From an uncultured Candidatus Peribacteria bacterium (GTDB taxonomy: Bacteria; Patescibacteriota; Gracilibacteria; UBA1369; UM-FILTER-41-14), in NCBI GenBank assembly GCA_964386265.1, contig CAYLRB010000001.1, positions 1 through 48,845 on the forward strand: a stretch of 48,845 nucleotides of DNA, given 5' to 3'. The notes beneath the pieces are model-generated. The model ran no database searches, had not been told where the DNA came from, and saw only the letters and a list, made by a program, of their open reading frames with translations. Positions 26,402 to 34,201 of this stretch are shown here, one piece after another. Made by a program: the position numbers and the translations under genes. Positions within the stretch are counted from its first letter, which is position 1. Each line of letters starts with the position of its first letter.

Positions 26402-27565
26402 ATGATTAATCTAAACTTAAAAATCCGGAGCATAATAGTTGGATTAGTCGTATTAATTTTTGTAACGACGCAGTTTGCAATTAGCGCATTTGCTCAAGCA
26501 GAAGAGGAATCAGTGTTTAGTCAGAAAATAACTTCAGTTGAGAAATTTTTTGGTAGTGCCATTGATCCTGTTAACTTTTTTGCACCTTTTGATGATTTGT
26601 TTTTTACACAGAACAGATGTCAGAAAATTGATATTTTCGCTCTCACACAGGAGCGTGACAATGTTGGGCTACTAATTAGAAAAGTGCTCTTGGATGACAG
26701 CGTAAGCTTAGAAGATTTTAAAAAATTGGAGAACAAGTACGATATATTAAGTGCAGAGATTTTCTATCTAAGGAACATTGATTTACTAATTGAGGATCAA
26801 CTTGCGATTCTTAATTCAGAAACACTAAAAGCTTTTGACGACAGAAGGTTAATCGCCGACCAGTTGGCAGATTTTGAAAAAAAATATAGAAAAAATCTCA
26901 CAAAATACAGCGAATGCCATACAACTTTTTCCGAACTAAAGACGGCATGGGGGCGTATAGTTGCAGATACCAAAGGAGCTGGGAGTAATTTTATTAATGC
27001 GTCAAAAAACTTAAGAAACACATTCGTTGAGACACCTGGTATATTACTAGATAATACTCTTGGTACACTGGAAGGATTTTATGAGGCAGTTGTAGGTGTC
27101 CCTTCGCTATTTACTAGTAAAGAAGAGGCGTCAGTAGGCGCAAACAATGTTATTCTTAGCCGTGTTTTGGAAGGGGGAGCATCTGACATATTTGCTAAAA
27201 CTCAGCAGAAAAATAGGTCCAAGGCTATTGAAGACGGTACAGGTGTGTCAGTTTACTATGACAACCGTGCTTCGCAGCTTTTAAATCAAAATCCAAATGC
27301 TAGTCTACTCGATCTAGTTCAGCAGTCTGTAGAATATGAAGGTGAAGTTGGTGCTATACTTAACCAGCAAGTAACGGAGAATAACTTGCAAATCAAGGCG
27401 GCCAGCCTAGATGGATCACTCTTAAACGCCTGGGGCGCGTCAGCAAACACAAGCATTCAATTTGAGCGATACAACCAGCTACTCAATCCTAAAGGGTCTC
27501 AAAACTTAAGTATCGGCCGACAACTTGACGATTTAGCAAAGAGGCAGTGTCGAGAAAAAGTATAG
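26402..27565 (+). CDS. Secreted helix-rich protein, accessory gene 4 (unknown family)
   Basis: Clear signal peptide (IIVGLVVLIFVTTQFAISAFAQA). Starts 11 nt after the upstream stop. It has three Cys (QNRCQK, YSECHT, and C-terminal ...AKRQCREKV). Confidence 0.75.
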   Translation: MINLNLKIRSIIVGLVVLIFVTTQFAISAFAQAEEESVFSQKITSVEKFFGSAIDPVNFFAPFDDLFFTQNRCQKIDIFALTQERDNVGLLIRKVLLDDSVSLEDFKKLENKYDILSAEIFYLRNIDLLIEDQLAILNSETLKAFDDRRLIADQLADFEKKYRKNLTKYSECHTTFSELKTAWGRIVADTKGAGSNFINASKNLRNTFVETPGILLDNTLGTLEGFYEAVVGVPSLFTSKEEASVGANNVILSRVLEGGASDIFAKTQQKNRSKAIEDGTGVSVYYDNRASQLLNQNPNASLLDLVQQSVEYEGEVGAILNQQVTENNLQIKAASLDGSLLNAWGASANTSIQFERYNQLLNPKGSQNLSIGRQLDDLAKRQCREKV

Positions 27566-27611
27566 AGTGTAATTGAAGAATTGGCTCTTCTTTTGCAAGA
27601 TATAGCTACAT

Positions 27612-28259
27612 GTGTTAAAATGGAGAGATTTTAATAATTATATGGCTGATTACTTAGAAAGCCCAAAATTAATTCCTGGTGAAACGATGACAGAGGAAGC
27701 TCTGCTTGAAGCAACAAAAAAAAAATTAGGTGATTTAAAAAAGAATATTATTGTTGGCTTAAGTTCAATACCTTTGAAAACGGAACTTAAGCTTTTACCA
27801 GAAGATGTTGAAAAATTATTTAAAAATATAAAAAAAGGAGACGTTATTTTGGTAGGGAATTTAGATGAGTCCAGTGCGCTATTTATCAATGATGGCTCCA
27901 ATTTAACGCACGCCATGATTTATGTGGGCGACGGCAAATTGGTGCATGCAACAAAGAATGGTATAAATGAAGAAAGTTTAGCTGACATTATATCTCATTA
28001 CGAAACTTATGCATTACTTAGACCTGAAATAGGGCAAGAAAAGGCAATTCAATTTGCATTGAGTTCTATTGGCAATAGTTATGACTTTAGTTTTGATAAT
28101 AAATCTAGTGATTCAATGTATTGCACTGAATTGGTAGCAAGAAGTTATGGAGTTGAGTTAGGTGAAAATATCTTAAAACCTTCTGAATTCTTAAAATCAT
28201 TTCCAGAAGTTGCTAGGTCAAAAAACTTAGAAACAACCAACTTGGCGAATATGAAATAA
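27612..28259 (+). CDS. Permuted papain-fold amidase, YaeF/YiiX (peptidase C92, NlpC/P60 superfamily)-like
   Basis: GDVILVGN...SNLTHAMIYVGDGKLVHATKNG (His region) comes before SDSMYCTELVARSY (Cys region), the permuted order typical of YiiX-like proteins. No signal peptide. The track start is GTG at 27612; the ATG at 27642 (MADYLE) is more plausible. Confidence 0.8.
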   Translation: MLKWRDFNNYMADYLESPKLIPGETMTEEALLEATKKKLGDLKKNIIVGLSSIPLKTELKLLPEDVEKLFKNIKKGDVILVGNLDESSALFINDGSNLTHAMIYVGDGKLVHATKNGINEESLADIISHYETYALLRPEIGQEKAIQFALSSIGNSYDFSFDNKSSDSMYCTELVARSYGVELGENILKPSEFLKSFPEVARSKNLETTNLANMK

Positions 28260-28262
28260 AAG

Positions 28263-28355
28263 TTTACATATAGCAACACATATGTAAAGAAAACGGAAAA
28301 ATCTTTACATATTACGCCTAATATGTTAATCTTTTAATTAATTCTTAACATATTA
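28263..28355 (+). promoter_or_regulatory. Cluster of TTACATAT-type inverted repeats upstream of fic (putative operator)
   Basis: Perfect inverted repeat tttacatat (28263-28271) / atatgtaaa (28280-28288). A second, imperfect pair is ttacatatt (28305-28313) / aatatgtta (28320-28328). A further half-site, taacatatta, lies at 28346-28355, just before the GTG start. Confidence 0.4.
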
Positions 28356-28361
28356 TTTTCC

Positions 28362-29426
28362 GTGACAAACTACCAAGTTCCGCGATTACCAAATCATAAA
28401 ATCATTGAAAGTTCTAAAGTTTTAAAAAAAGCTATAATTGCTAATAAGTTAATTGCAGAACTCAAAGGACTTGCACAAACAATTCCCAATCCTGAAATCT
28501 TAGTAAACACTTTGTCTCTGCAAGAGGCAAAAGATAGCTCTGAAATAGAAAACATTGTGACGACACATGATGAGTTATTTAGGAGTAATGAGTATTATAA
28601 AAATTCCTCTTCCGCTAATGAGGTACATCGCTATCTAGAGGCTTTATTCTACGGTGCTCATTGGGTGAAATTGCAGAATCCAATTAGCTCCAATTTGATA
28701 ACAAAGCTTGCGCAAATTGTAACAGAAAGACAGGCGGGGTTTCGCAATTTACCCGGTACTACTTTGAAAAACATAAATGGAGAAATAGTTTATACGCCAC
28801 CACAGAGTATTCATGAAATCATTGATTTAATGGGTAATCTGGAAAAATTTATTAATGATTCATCCATCAGCGACCTTGATCCCTTAGTTAAAATGGCTGT
28901 TATCCATCATCAATTTGAGTCAATACATCCGTTTTTTGATGGAAATGGACGAACTGGAAGAATTCTTAATATAATCTATTTAATTTCTGAAGGTGTTATT
29001 GATGCGCCAATTTTATACTTAAGCCGCTTTATTACAAAAAATAAACCTGAGTATTACCGTTTACTGCAAAGTGTACGTGAAGAGGACAAATGGGAAGACT
29101 GGATACTCTACATGCTAACTGCATTAGAAATAACAGCAGCACAAACAATCAAAACAGTTGCAGATATTAAGCTTATTATGCAAGTTTTTAAAAAAACTTT
29201 AAAAGCAAAAGCTCCCAATCTGTATTCTCATGAGTTGATGAATATAGTTTTTTCGCATCCTTATACAAAGATCGAGTTTCTTGTGGAAGGATTGAAAATC
29301 AATAGGGTTACTGCAAGTAAACATCTCTATAAAATGGCTAAGATCGGACTTCTTGATGTGCATAAATCTGGACGCACAGTTTATTTTGTGAACAGCAAAC
29401 TTTTGAATCTGTTTACATCATTGTAG
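28362..29426 (+). CDS. fic: Fic-family protein (AMPylase type, class II auto-inhibited) with C-terminal wHTH
   Basis: Canonical Fic motif HPFFDGNGRTGR. The N-terminal Fic_N region carries the inhibitory (S/T)xxxE(G/N) motif as SSEIEN. The C-terminal segment is winged-helix-like (VTASKHLYKMAKIGLLDVHKSGRTVYF). GTG start. Confidence 0.9.
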   Translation: MTNYQVPRLPNHKIIESSKVLKKAIIANKLIAELKGLAQTIPNPEILVNTLSLQEAKDSSEIENIVTTHDELFRSNEYYKNSSSANEVHRYLEALFYGAHWVKLQNPISSNLITKLAQIVTERQAGFRNLPGTTLKNINGEIVYTPPQSIHEIIDLMGNLEKFINDSSISDLDPLVKMAVIHHQFESIHPFFDGNGRTGRILNIIYLISEGVIDAPILYLSRFITKNKPEYYRLLQSVREEDKWEDWILYMLTALEITAAQTIKTVADIKLIMQVFKKTLKAKAPNLYSHELMNIVFSHPYTKIEFLVEGLKINRVTASKHLYKMAKIGLLDVHKSGRTVYFVNSKLLNLFTSL

Positions 29427-29441
29427 AAGTTTTCTGGGGCT

Positions 29442-29481
29442 AAAAAAAGGGGCTCCGCAACAACGCAGAACCCCCATTTTT
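29442..29481. terminator. Bidirectional rho-independent terminator between convergent fic and pnp
   Basis: Stem ggggctccgc (29449-29458) pairs with gcagaacccc (29465-29474), with G-U pairs on the minus strand. An A-run (29442-29448) lies on one side and attttt (29476-29481) on the other. Confidence 0.65.
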
Positions 29482-29498
29482 ACCTTTAATCTAACAAA

Positions 29499-31652
29499 TT
29501 ACATGTCCATGCCTGTACTTTCTCCGCCAGCTACAAATGGTAGGTGGCTTAGGTTAAAGCGACCTTGACGATCAATTTCGACTAATCGAACCTTGATTTT
29601 ATCACCTACTTGTAAGTGCTTACTAATATCGTCTACACGATCACGGCTGATTTTTGAAATGTGCAGTAGACCATCTCGTCCTGGTAGAAAGCGAACAAAT
29701 GCACCAAACTCCATCAGTTTTACAACAGTCCCCTCGAAATCACTACCAATTTCTGGATCAGTTGCAATACCTAAAATGTAAGCTTTGGCTTTTTGAGCAG
29801 ACTCACTGTTTGGAGCTGTGATGTTAACTCGACCATCATCTTCAATATCAATTTGTGCGCCAGTTTCAGCAACAATTCCTTGAATTGTCTCACCACCTTT
29901 ACCAATTACTTCACGAATTTTATCAGGATCGATGCTAATAGTTTCGATAACTGGAGCATAAGAAGATAGATGTTCACGTGGCTGATTAATCGTAGCCATC
30001 ATAACGTTCATAATTTCTTCACGCCCTTTGTGTGCTTGAACGAATGCTTCCTTAATCAAACTTAGTTGTAAGCCTTTGATCTTGATATCCATTTGTAATG
30101 CTGTAATCCCATTAGGTGTACCAGCAACTTTAAGATCCATATCTCCAGCAAAATCTTCTAAACCTTGGATGTCACTTAGAATTCGGTATTTACCATTTTC
30201 ACCAGTAACAAGTCCCATTGCAATTGCTGAAACAGGAGCTTTAATCGGTACGCCAGCATCCATTAGGGAAAGAGTTGAAGCACAGACAGATCCCATTGAG
30301 CTTGATCCATTACATGCAACTGTTTCTGAAACAGTACGCATAGCGTAAGGAAATTCAGATGGATCAGGTAAAACAGCGATCAATGCGCGCTCAGCAAGGA
30401 AACCGTGCCCAATCTCGCGGCGACCAGGGCTGCGAAGTGGCTTAACTTCACCAGTTGAGAAAGGCGGGAAGTTGTAATGATGGATATAACGGCGTTTTGT
30501 ATCCATATCCATTGACTCAATAACTTGTGCTGTGTCTGGTCCACCAAGCGTACATACGTTGATGATTTGAGTTTCACCACGTTTGAACATACTGCTACCG
30601 TGAGTTCTTGGCAAGAAACCAACCTCACAGCTTACAGGACGAACTTCATCAAGAGCACGTCCATCGATACGAATGCCGTGTTCCAGAATGTTATAGCGCA
30701 TGCGCTCTTCCATTAAGTCGTTGATAGCTTCTTTAATGGCCCCTTTACTCATTTCTTCTGCTTCGATTTGCGCTGCAAAGTGTGCAATAACTTTTTCTTC
30801 TAATGCTTTTGTACCTTTTTTAACGATTTTCTTAGTCTTGCCTTTAATAGCATCTAATTCTTCACCACTTACAACTTCTTTAACCATGTTGTAAACGGTT
30901 TTGTCTTTTTCTCCATACATTACTTCCAAATCCATTGGTTGAACTTTAGCGTAAAGCTCTTTTTGTAAGCGGCAAATTCCTTTAATCGTTTCATGTGCTA
31001 AACCTAGTGCCTCCAACATTTTGTCGTCAGAAACTTCTGAAGCAACAGCTTCTACCATTGTAATAGCATCTTCTGTACCAGCAACAACTAAGTTCAGACG
31101 GCCTTCTTCCATTTCTTGGTATGTAGGGTTGACTACCAACTCCTCAACACCATTGCGGTTAACTAAGCCGATACGAACTGCAGAAACTGGCTCTTTGAAA
31201 GGCATACCAGAGATCATTAACGCTGCTGAAGCGCCAATTAAAGCAGTAGTAACTGGATGTACTTCAAGATCAGCAGACATTACTGTTGTAATCAACTGAA
31301 CTTCATTCGTAATTCCTTTAGGGAACATTGGGCGAATTGGGCGATCAATCAAACGGCAGCTTAAAGTTGCATCGTCCGAAGGTTTTCCTTCACGCTTAAC
31401 AAAACGGCTACCACTCATTTTACCAGCAGCATAGAAACGCTCTTGATAATCAACAACCAACGGGAAAAAGTCCGTACCTTCACGGCCTTCACCTAACATA
31501 GCTGTACAAAGGATAACTGTGTCATCCAAAGAAATTGTAACTGCGCCAGTTGCCTGTAACGCAAAGCGACCTGTTTCAATCGTAAGTTTACGACCTGCCA
31601 AGTCCATGCTAACCGAATGAATCGGCATATCATACTCTGACATCATACTCAT
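29499..31652 (-). CDS. pnp: Polyribonucleotide nucleotidyltransferase (PNPase)
   Basis: 717 aa with two RNase PH domains (GRREIGHG, FPLVVDYQERFYAAGK), a KH domain (IGKGGETIQ) and a C-terminal S1 domain (FGAFVRFLPGRDGLLHIS). Confidence 0.97.
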   Translation of the reverse strand: MSMMSEYDMPIHSVSMDLAGRKLTIETGRFALQATGAVTISLDDTVILCTAMLGEGREGTDFFPLVVDYQERFYAAGKMSGSRFVKREGKPSDDATLSCRLIDRPIRPMFPKGITNEVQLITTVMSADLEVHPVTTALIGASAALMISGMPFKEPVSAVRIGLVNRNGVEELVVNPTYQEMEEGRLNLVVAGTEDAITMVEAVASEVSDDKMLEALGLAHETIKGICRLQKELYAKVQPMDLEVMYGEKDKTVYNMVKEVVSGEELDAIKGKTKKIVKKGTKALEEKVIAHFAAQIEAEEMSKGAIKEAINDLMEERMRYNILEHGIRIDGRALDEVRPVSCEVGFLPRTHGSSMFKRGETQIINVCTLGGPDTAQVIESMDMDTKRRYIHHYNFPPFSTGEVKPLRSPGRREIGHGFLAERALIAVLPDPSEFPYAMRTVSETVACNGSSSMGSVCASTLSLMDAGVPIKAPVSAIAMGLVTGENGKYRILSDIQGLEDFAGDMDLKVAGTPNGITALQMDIKIKGLQLSLIKEAFVQAHKGREEIMNVMMATINQPREHLSSYAPVIETISIDPDKIREVIGKGGETIQGIVAETGAQIDIEDDGRVNITAPNSESAQKAKAYILGIATDPEIGSDFEGTVVKLMEFGAFVRFLPGRDGLLHISKISRDRVDDISKHLQVGDKIKVRLVEIDRQGRFNLSHLPFVAGGESTGMDM

Positions 31653-31730
31653 TTGAGCTTAAAAGATATTGCGACCTTTGGCCTATCTAATCAGCTTTCT
31701 AGCACCCAAGTGACAAGTTAAAATGCAGAG

Positions 31731-31796
31731 AAAAATAAAAGGGCTGCACTTTAAGCTGTTACTTGGATAAAACCGATTCAGCTAAAGGTCAGCCCC
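31731..31796 (-). terminator. rpsO terminator/attenuator hairpin preceding pnp
   Basis: On the minus strand, a ~15-bp interrupted stem (31741-31758 pairing with 31779-31795) is followed by ttttattttt (complement of 31731-31740). Its position between rpsO and pnp matches the classical rpsO-pnp arrangement. Confidence 0.6.
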
Positions 31797-31808
31797 AGTA
31801 TATGTCAA

Positions 31809-32072
31809 CTAGCGTTTAAGCTCAAGTCGTTCTGTCAATTGATCGTATTCTTCTTTTTTGTGGTATTTTAAGTAGTTCAATAAACGTCTTCTTCTACCAA
31901 CTAAACCAAGTAAACCACGACGAGACAAAAAGTCTTTAGGGTGTTTTTCAAGGTGAGCTGTAAGCTCTTTGATACGAGCAGTTAAAATTGCAATCTGAAC
32001 AGCTGTAGAGCCAGTATCGCTTTTGCCAGCCTGGAAGTCGGCAATAATTTTTTTCTTGTCGTCACGATTCAT
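31809..32072 (-). CDS. rpsO: 30S ribosomal protein S15
   Basis: 87 aa, with [48 protein letters not shown] matching the S15 consensus. Confidence 0.95.
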   Translation of the reverse strand: MNRDDKKKIIADFQAGKSDTGSTAVQIAILTARIKELTAHLEKHPKDFLSRRGLLGLVGRRRRLLNYLKYHKKEEYDQLTERLELKR

Positions 32073-32100
32073 AGTCTTAAAACAAGTTAAATGCAGGAGG

Positions 32101-32129
32101 ATTTTACGCTATAGTGGAGTGCTTGACAA
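32101..32129 (-). promoter_or_regulatory. Sigma70-like promoter for rpsO (TTGTCA-17-TAAAAT)
   Basis: On the minus strand, the -35 ttgtca is the complement of 32124-32129. A 17-nt spacer follows, and the -10 taaaat is the complement of 32101-32106, ~29 nt upstream of the rpsO ATG. Confidence 0.5.
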
Positions 32130-32173
32130 GAGGAAAAACTTCATCCTCCGCAACTGTCTTGCGATGCGGTAGT

Positions 32174-32201
32174 AATCGCAAAGTTCGCACAATGTGCGAA
32201 T
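32174..32201. repeat. Solitary copy of a palindromic intergenic repeat (same family as the 45363-45464 array)
   Basis: aatcgcaaagttcgcacaatgtgcgaat matches aatcgcaaatttcgcgctaggcgcgaat (45364-45391) at 23 of 28 positions. The A/T to G/C difference falls at paired stem positions, so the 7-bp hairpin is preserved. Confidence 0.5.
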
Positions 32202-32231
32202 GCCACTAAAGATAAGGATGGGAAAGTTTTG

Positions 32232-32480
32232 CTAGTCTAGGTTTTTGTAAAACTTTTCTGTTCTTTTACCGAGTTTAAACATCTCTTTTATGCCTTCAGG
32301 GGTGATTCTAAAAATTGCCCGATAATTGCCAAAGCGCACGCGATATATATGAGGATGACCTTGGAGCTTTATTAAGCCTGGAACTTTTTTATGATCATGT
32401 TTGATCTGCTCCAATATCAGACTAAATACTTCGCGATCTTTAGCTGTCATTTTAATCAGAGCTTTCTTTATTTTATCCAT
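32232..32480 (-). CDS. RelE/ParE-family type II toxin
   Basis: 82 aa; the YRVRFGNYRAIFRI motif is typical of the RelE/ParE fold. Overlaps the upstream antitoxin gene by 8 nt. Confidence 0.8.
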   Translation of the reverse strand: MDKIKKALIKMTAKDREVFSLILEQIKHDHKKVPGLIKLQGHPHIYRVRFGNYRAIFRITPEGIKEMFKLGKRTEKFYKNLD

Positions 32481-32712
32481 TTTTCTTGATCTTTTTTAGA
32501 AGTTTAAGCATATCATCGATAGCTAGTCCTTGGCCATTGTTGTCAAGATTAGCATCAAAAATTACTTCTTCTTGTAAATCCTCAGGGAAGACAGGGGTTA
32601 TAGTTAAGCTTTTTTGATCATATTTAATGATAAATGTATCAGTTGACCATTGAGACCTAGCATCTATCGGTATAGTGATTTGACCGTTTTTGGTACAACG
32701 AGTGATTCTCAT
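32473..32712 (-). CDS. AbrB/MazE/SpoVT-type antitoxin
   Basis: 79 aa; the N-terminal swapped-hairpin motif KNGQITIPIDARSQW resembles the SpoVT/AbrB domain. It sits immediately upstream of the RelE-like gene. Confidence 0.75.
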   Translation of the reverse strand: MRITRCTKNGQITIPIDARSQWSTDTFIIKYDQKSLTITPVFPEDLQEEVIFDANLDNNGQGLAIDDMLKLLKKIKKNG

Positions 32713-32950
32713 AAATTATTAATTTATTATATTAGTATTTTATGAGAATTGATGAGGTAATGCAATTAAATGTTTAGGTTTAATTATTTTGATTTAATAG
32801 AATTAAATAAAATTAAGTATATATAGGTTAAACTGTTTAAATTAGAAATAAATTCTATAAACATGCAATAACATTAAGTAAAAACAAGTTGCTTTAATTA
32901 GATTAAGTAAAATATAATCAGGTTCGCTAGTTAAAATTTAGTTTGTCTAT

Positions 32951-33130
32951 ATAGAAAAGGTTCTTACGCCAGAGCAAGTAGCTAATTTACTGCAAATTCA
33001 CCACCTTACAGTTTTAAAACTGATTAAGGCGGGGGATCTACCTGCAAGTAAAATAGGTCGAGTTTATCGACTGCGTTCTAGTGCTGTTGAATCGTATTTA
33101 GATAAAAATCTAATCAAAAATAAAAAATAA
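32951..33130 (+). CDS. Excisionase/MerR-type helix-turn-helix (HTH_17-like) small protein; no canonical start codon
   Basis: My own translation gives (I)EKVLTPEQVANLLQIHHLTVLKLIKAGDLPASKIGRVYRLRSSAVESYLDKNLIKNKK*. This fits the excisionase-family DNA-binding pattern. The frame opens after a TAG at 32939-32941 and contains no ATG, GTG or TTG before the HTH; an ATA at 32951 is the only near-cognate candidate. It is missing from the ORF track because it is under 60 aa. Confidence 0.4.
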   Translation: MEKVLTPEQVANLLQIHHLTVLKLIKAGDLPASKIGRVYRLRSSAVESYLDKNLIKNKK

Positions 33131-33139
33131 CCCTTCTTT

Positions 33140-33334
33140 ATGCTGTTCAACTGTTTGTGTTGCGCAAAAACAATTTCAAGTAAAACCGATCAATGTCCAT
33201 ATTGTCAGTTTAATGTTGGTCGTTTGGGGATGCAGATTGAACGGGCAAAACAACGCCCTGCATCGGAAGCTTTGTTGTCCGAACTGCGAGGGACTGTTGC
33301 GAAGATTAGGTTAAGTAATCACGGGTCACTATGA
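33140..33334 (+). CDS. Small zinc-ribbon protein
   Basis: 64 aa with CLCC...CPYC (CxxC-N11-CxxC). Starts 9 nt after the HTH ORF stop. Confidence 0.4.
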   Translation: MLFNCLCCAKTISSKTDQCPYCQFNVGRLGMQIERAKQRPASEALLSELRGTVAKIRLSNHGSL

Positions 33335-33398
33335 GCACGCTTAACTGTTTTTAGTAGTCCTACGTAAGTATCAAAATTATTGGCATGCAATATACTCC

Positions 33399-34118
33399 TT
33401 AAGCCATGTTCATGTAGACGGCTTGTACATCGTCATCATCTTCTAGTTTCTCTATAAAATCCAAAACCTTCTGAGCTGCTTCTGATTCGGTTACTTCTAC
33501 GGTCTGTGTTGGCACATATGTTATTTCTGCTTGTTTTATAGATAGTCCATTTTGCTTTGCTGTCTCGGTTGTTTCGTGTAAATTTTGGGCTTCGGTGTAG
33601 ACTAAAAGCTCGTTTTCAAGTTCTTGGAAATCTTCTGCACCGCTTTCAATTAAAACCAATTCAGCTTCTTCTTTGTCCATTGAGCCCAGTTCAACTAAGA
33701 ATGAGCCGCGTTTTTGAAACATCCAGCCCACAGAACCCGGTTGTCCTAAATTACCGCCATTTTTAGCAAAAATATTGCGTACGCTAGTGTAAGACCTGTT
33801 TTTATTATCTGTAATGACTTGTACATAAATAGCGACGCCTTCTGGGCCAAAGCCTTCGTAAAAAACTTCCGACATTTGTAGCGCTTCGCCGCCTTCACCG
33901 CTCGCTTTTTTTATTGCACGCTCAATATTTGCATTTGGAACATTATCAACTTTTGCATTGTTAATTGCTGCTCTTAAAGTGGGGTTGAGATCGGGATCTG
34001 GTCCGCTACGGGCAGCCAATGTAATTAGTTTGGCATGTTTAGTGAAAACCTTGCCCATTTTAGAGTCGTTTGCTGCTTTTTTGTGCCTAATCTGATGCCA
34101 TTTGGAATGTCCAGCCAT
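33399..34118 (-). CDS. yebC: YebC/PmpR-family transcriptional regulator
   Basis: MAGHSKWHQIRHKKAANDSKMGKVFTK is the family's hallmark N-terminus, and the 239-aa length fits. Confidence 0.92.
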   Translation of the reverse strand: MAGHSKWHQIRHKKAANDSKMGKVFTKHAKLITLAARSGPDPDLNPTLRAAINNAKVDNVPNANIERAIKKASGEGGEALQMSEVFYEGFGPEGVAIYVQVITDNKNRSYTSVRNIFAKNGGNLGQPGSVGWMFQKRGSFLVELGSMDKEEAELVLIESGAEDFQELENELLVYTEAQNLHETTETAKQNGLSIKQAEITYVPTQTVEVTESEAAQKVLDFIEKLEDDDDVQAVYMNMA

Positions 34119-34201
34119 TGGTTAGTCGGATTATTGTAGTATGCAAAATATCTAGCCCAAAGCAGGGTAAAAGTAAATACCCAATTCTTGTTAAACAGTG
34201 T

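Noticed and set aside
32123-32128. Plus-strand TTGACA, and an aggagg (32093-32098) that resembles a promoter/RBS.
   Set aside because: No plus-strand ORF follows. The same bases read on the minus strand give a well-spaced TTGTCA-17-TAAAAT promoter for rpsO.
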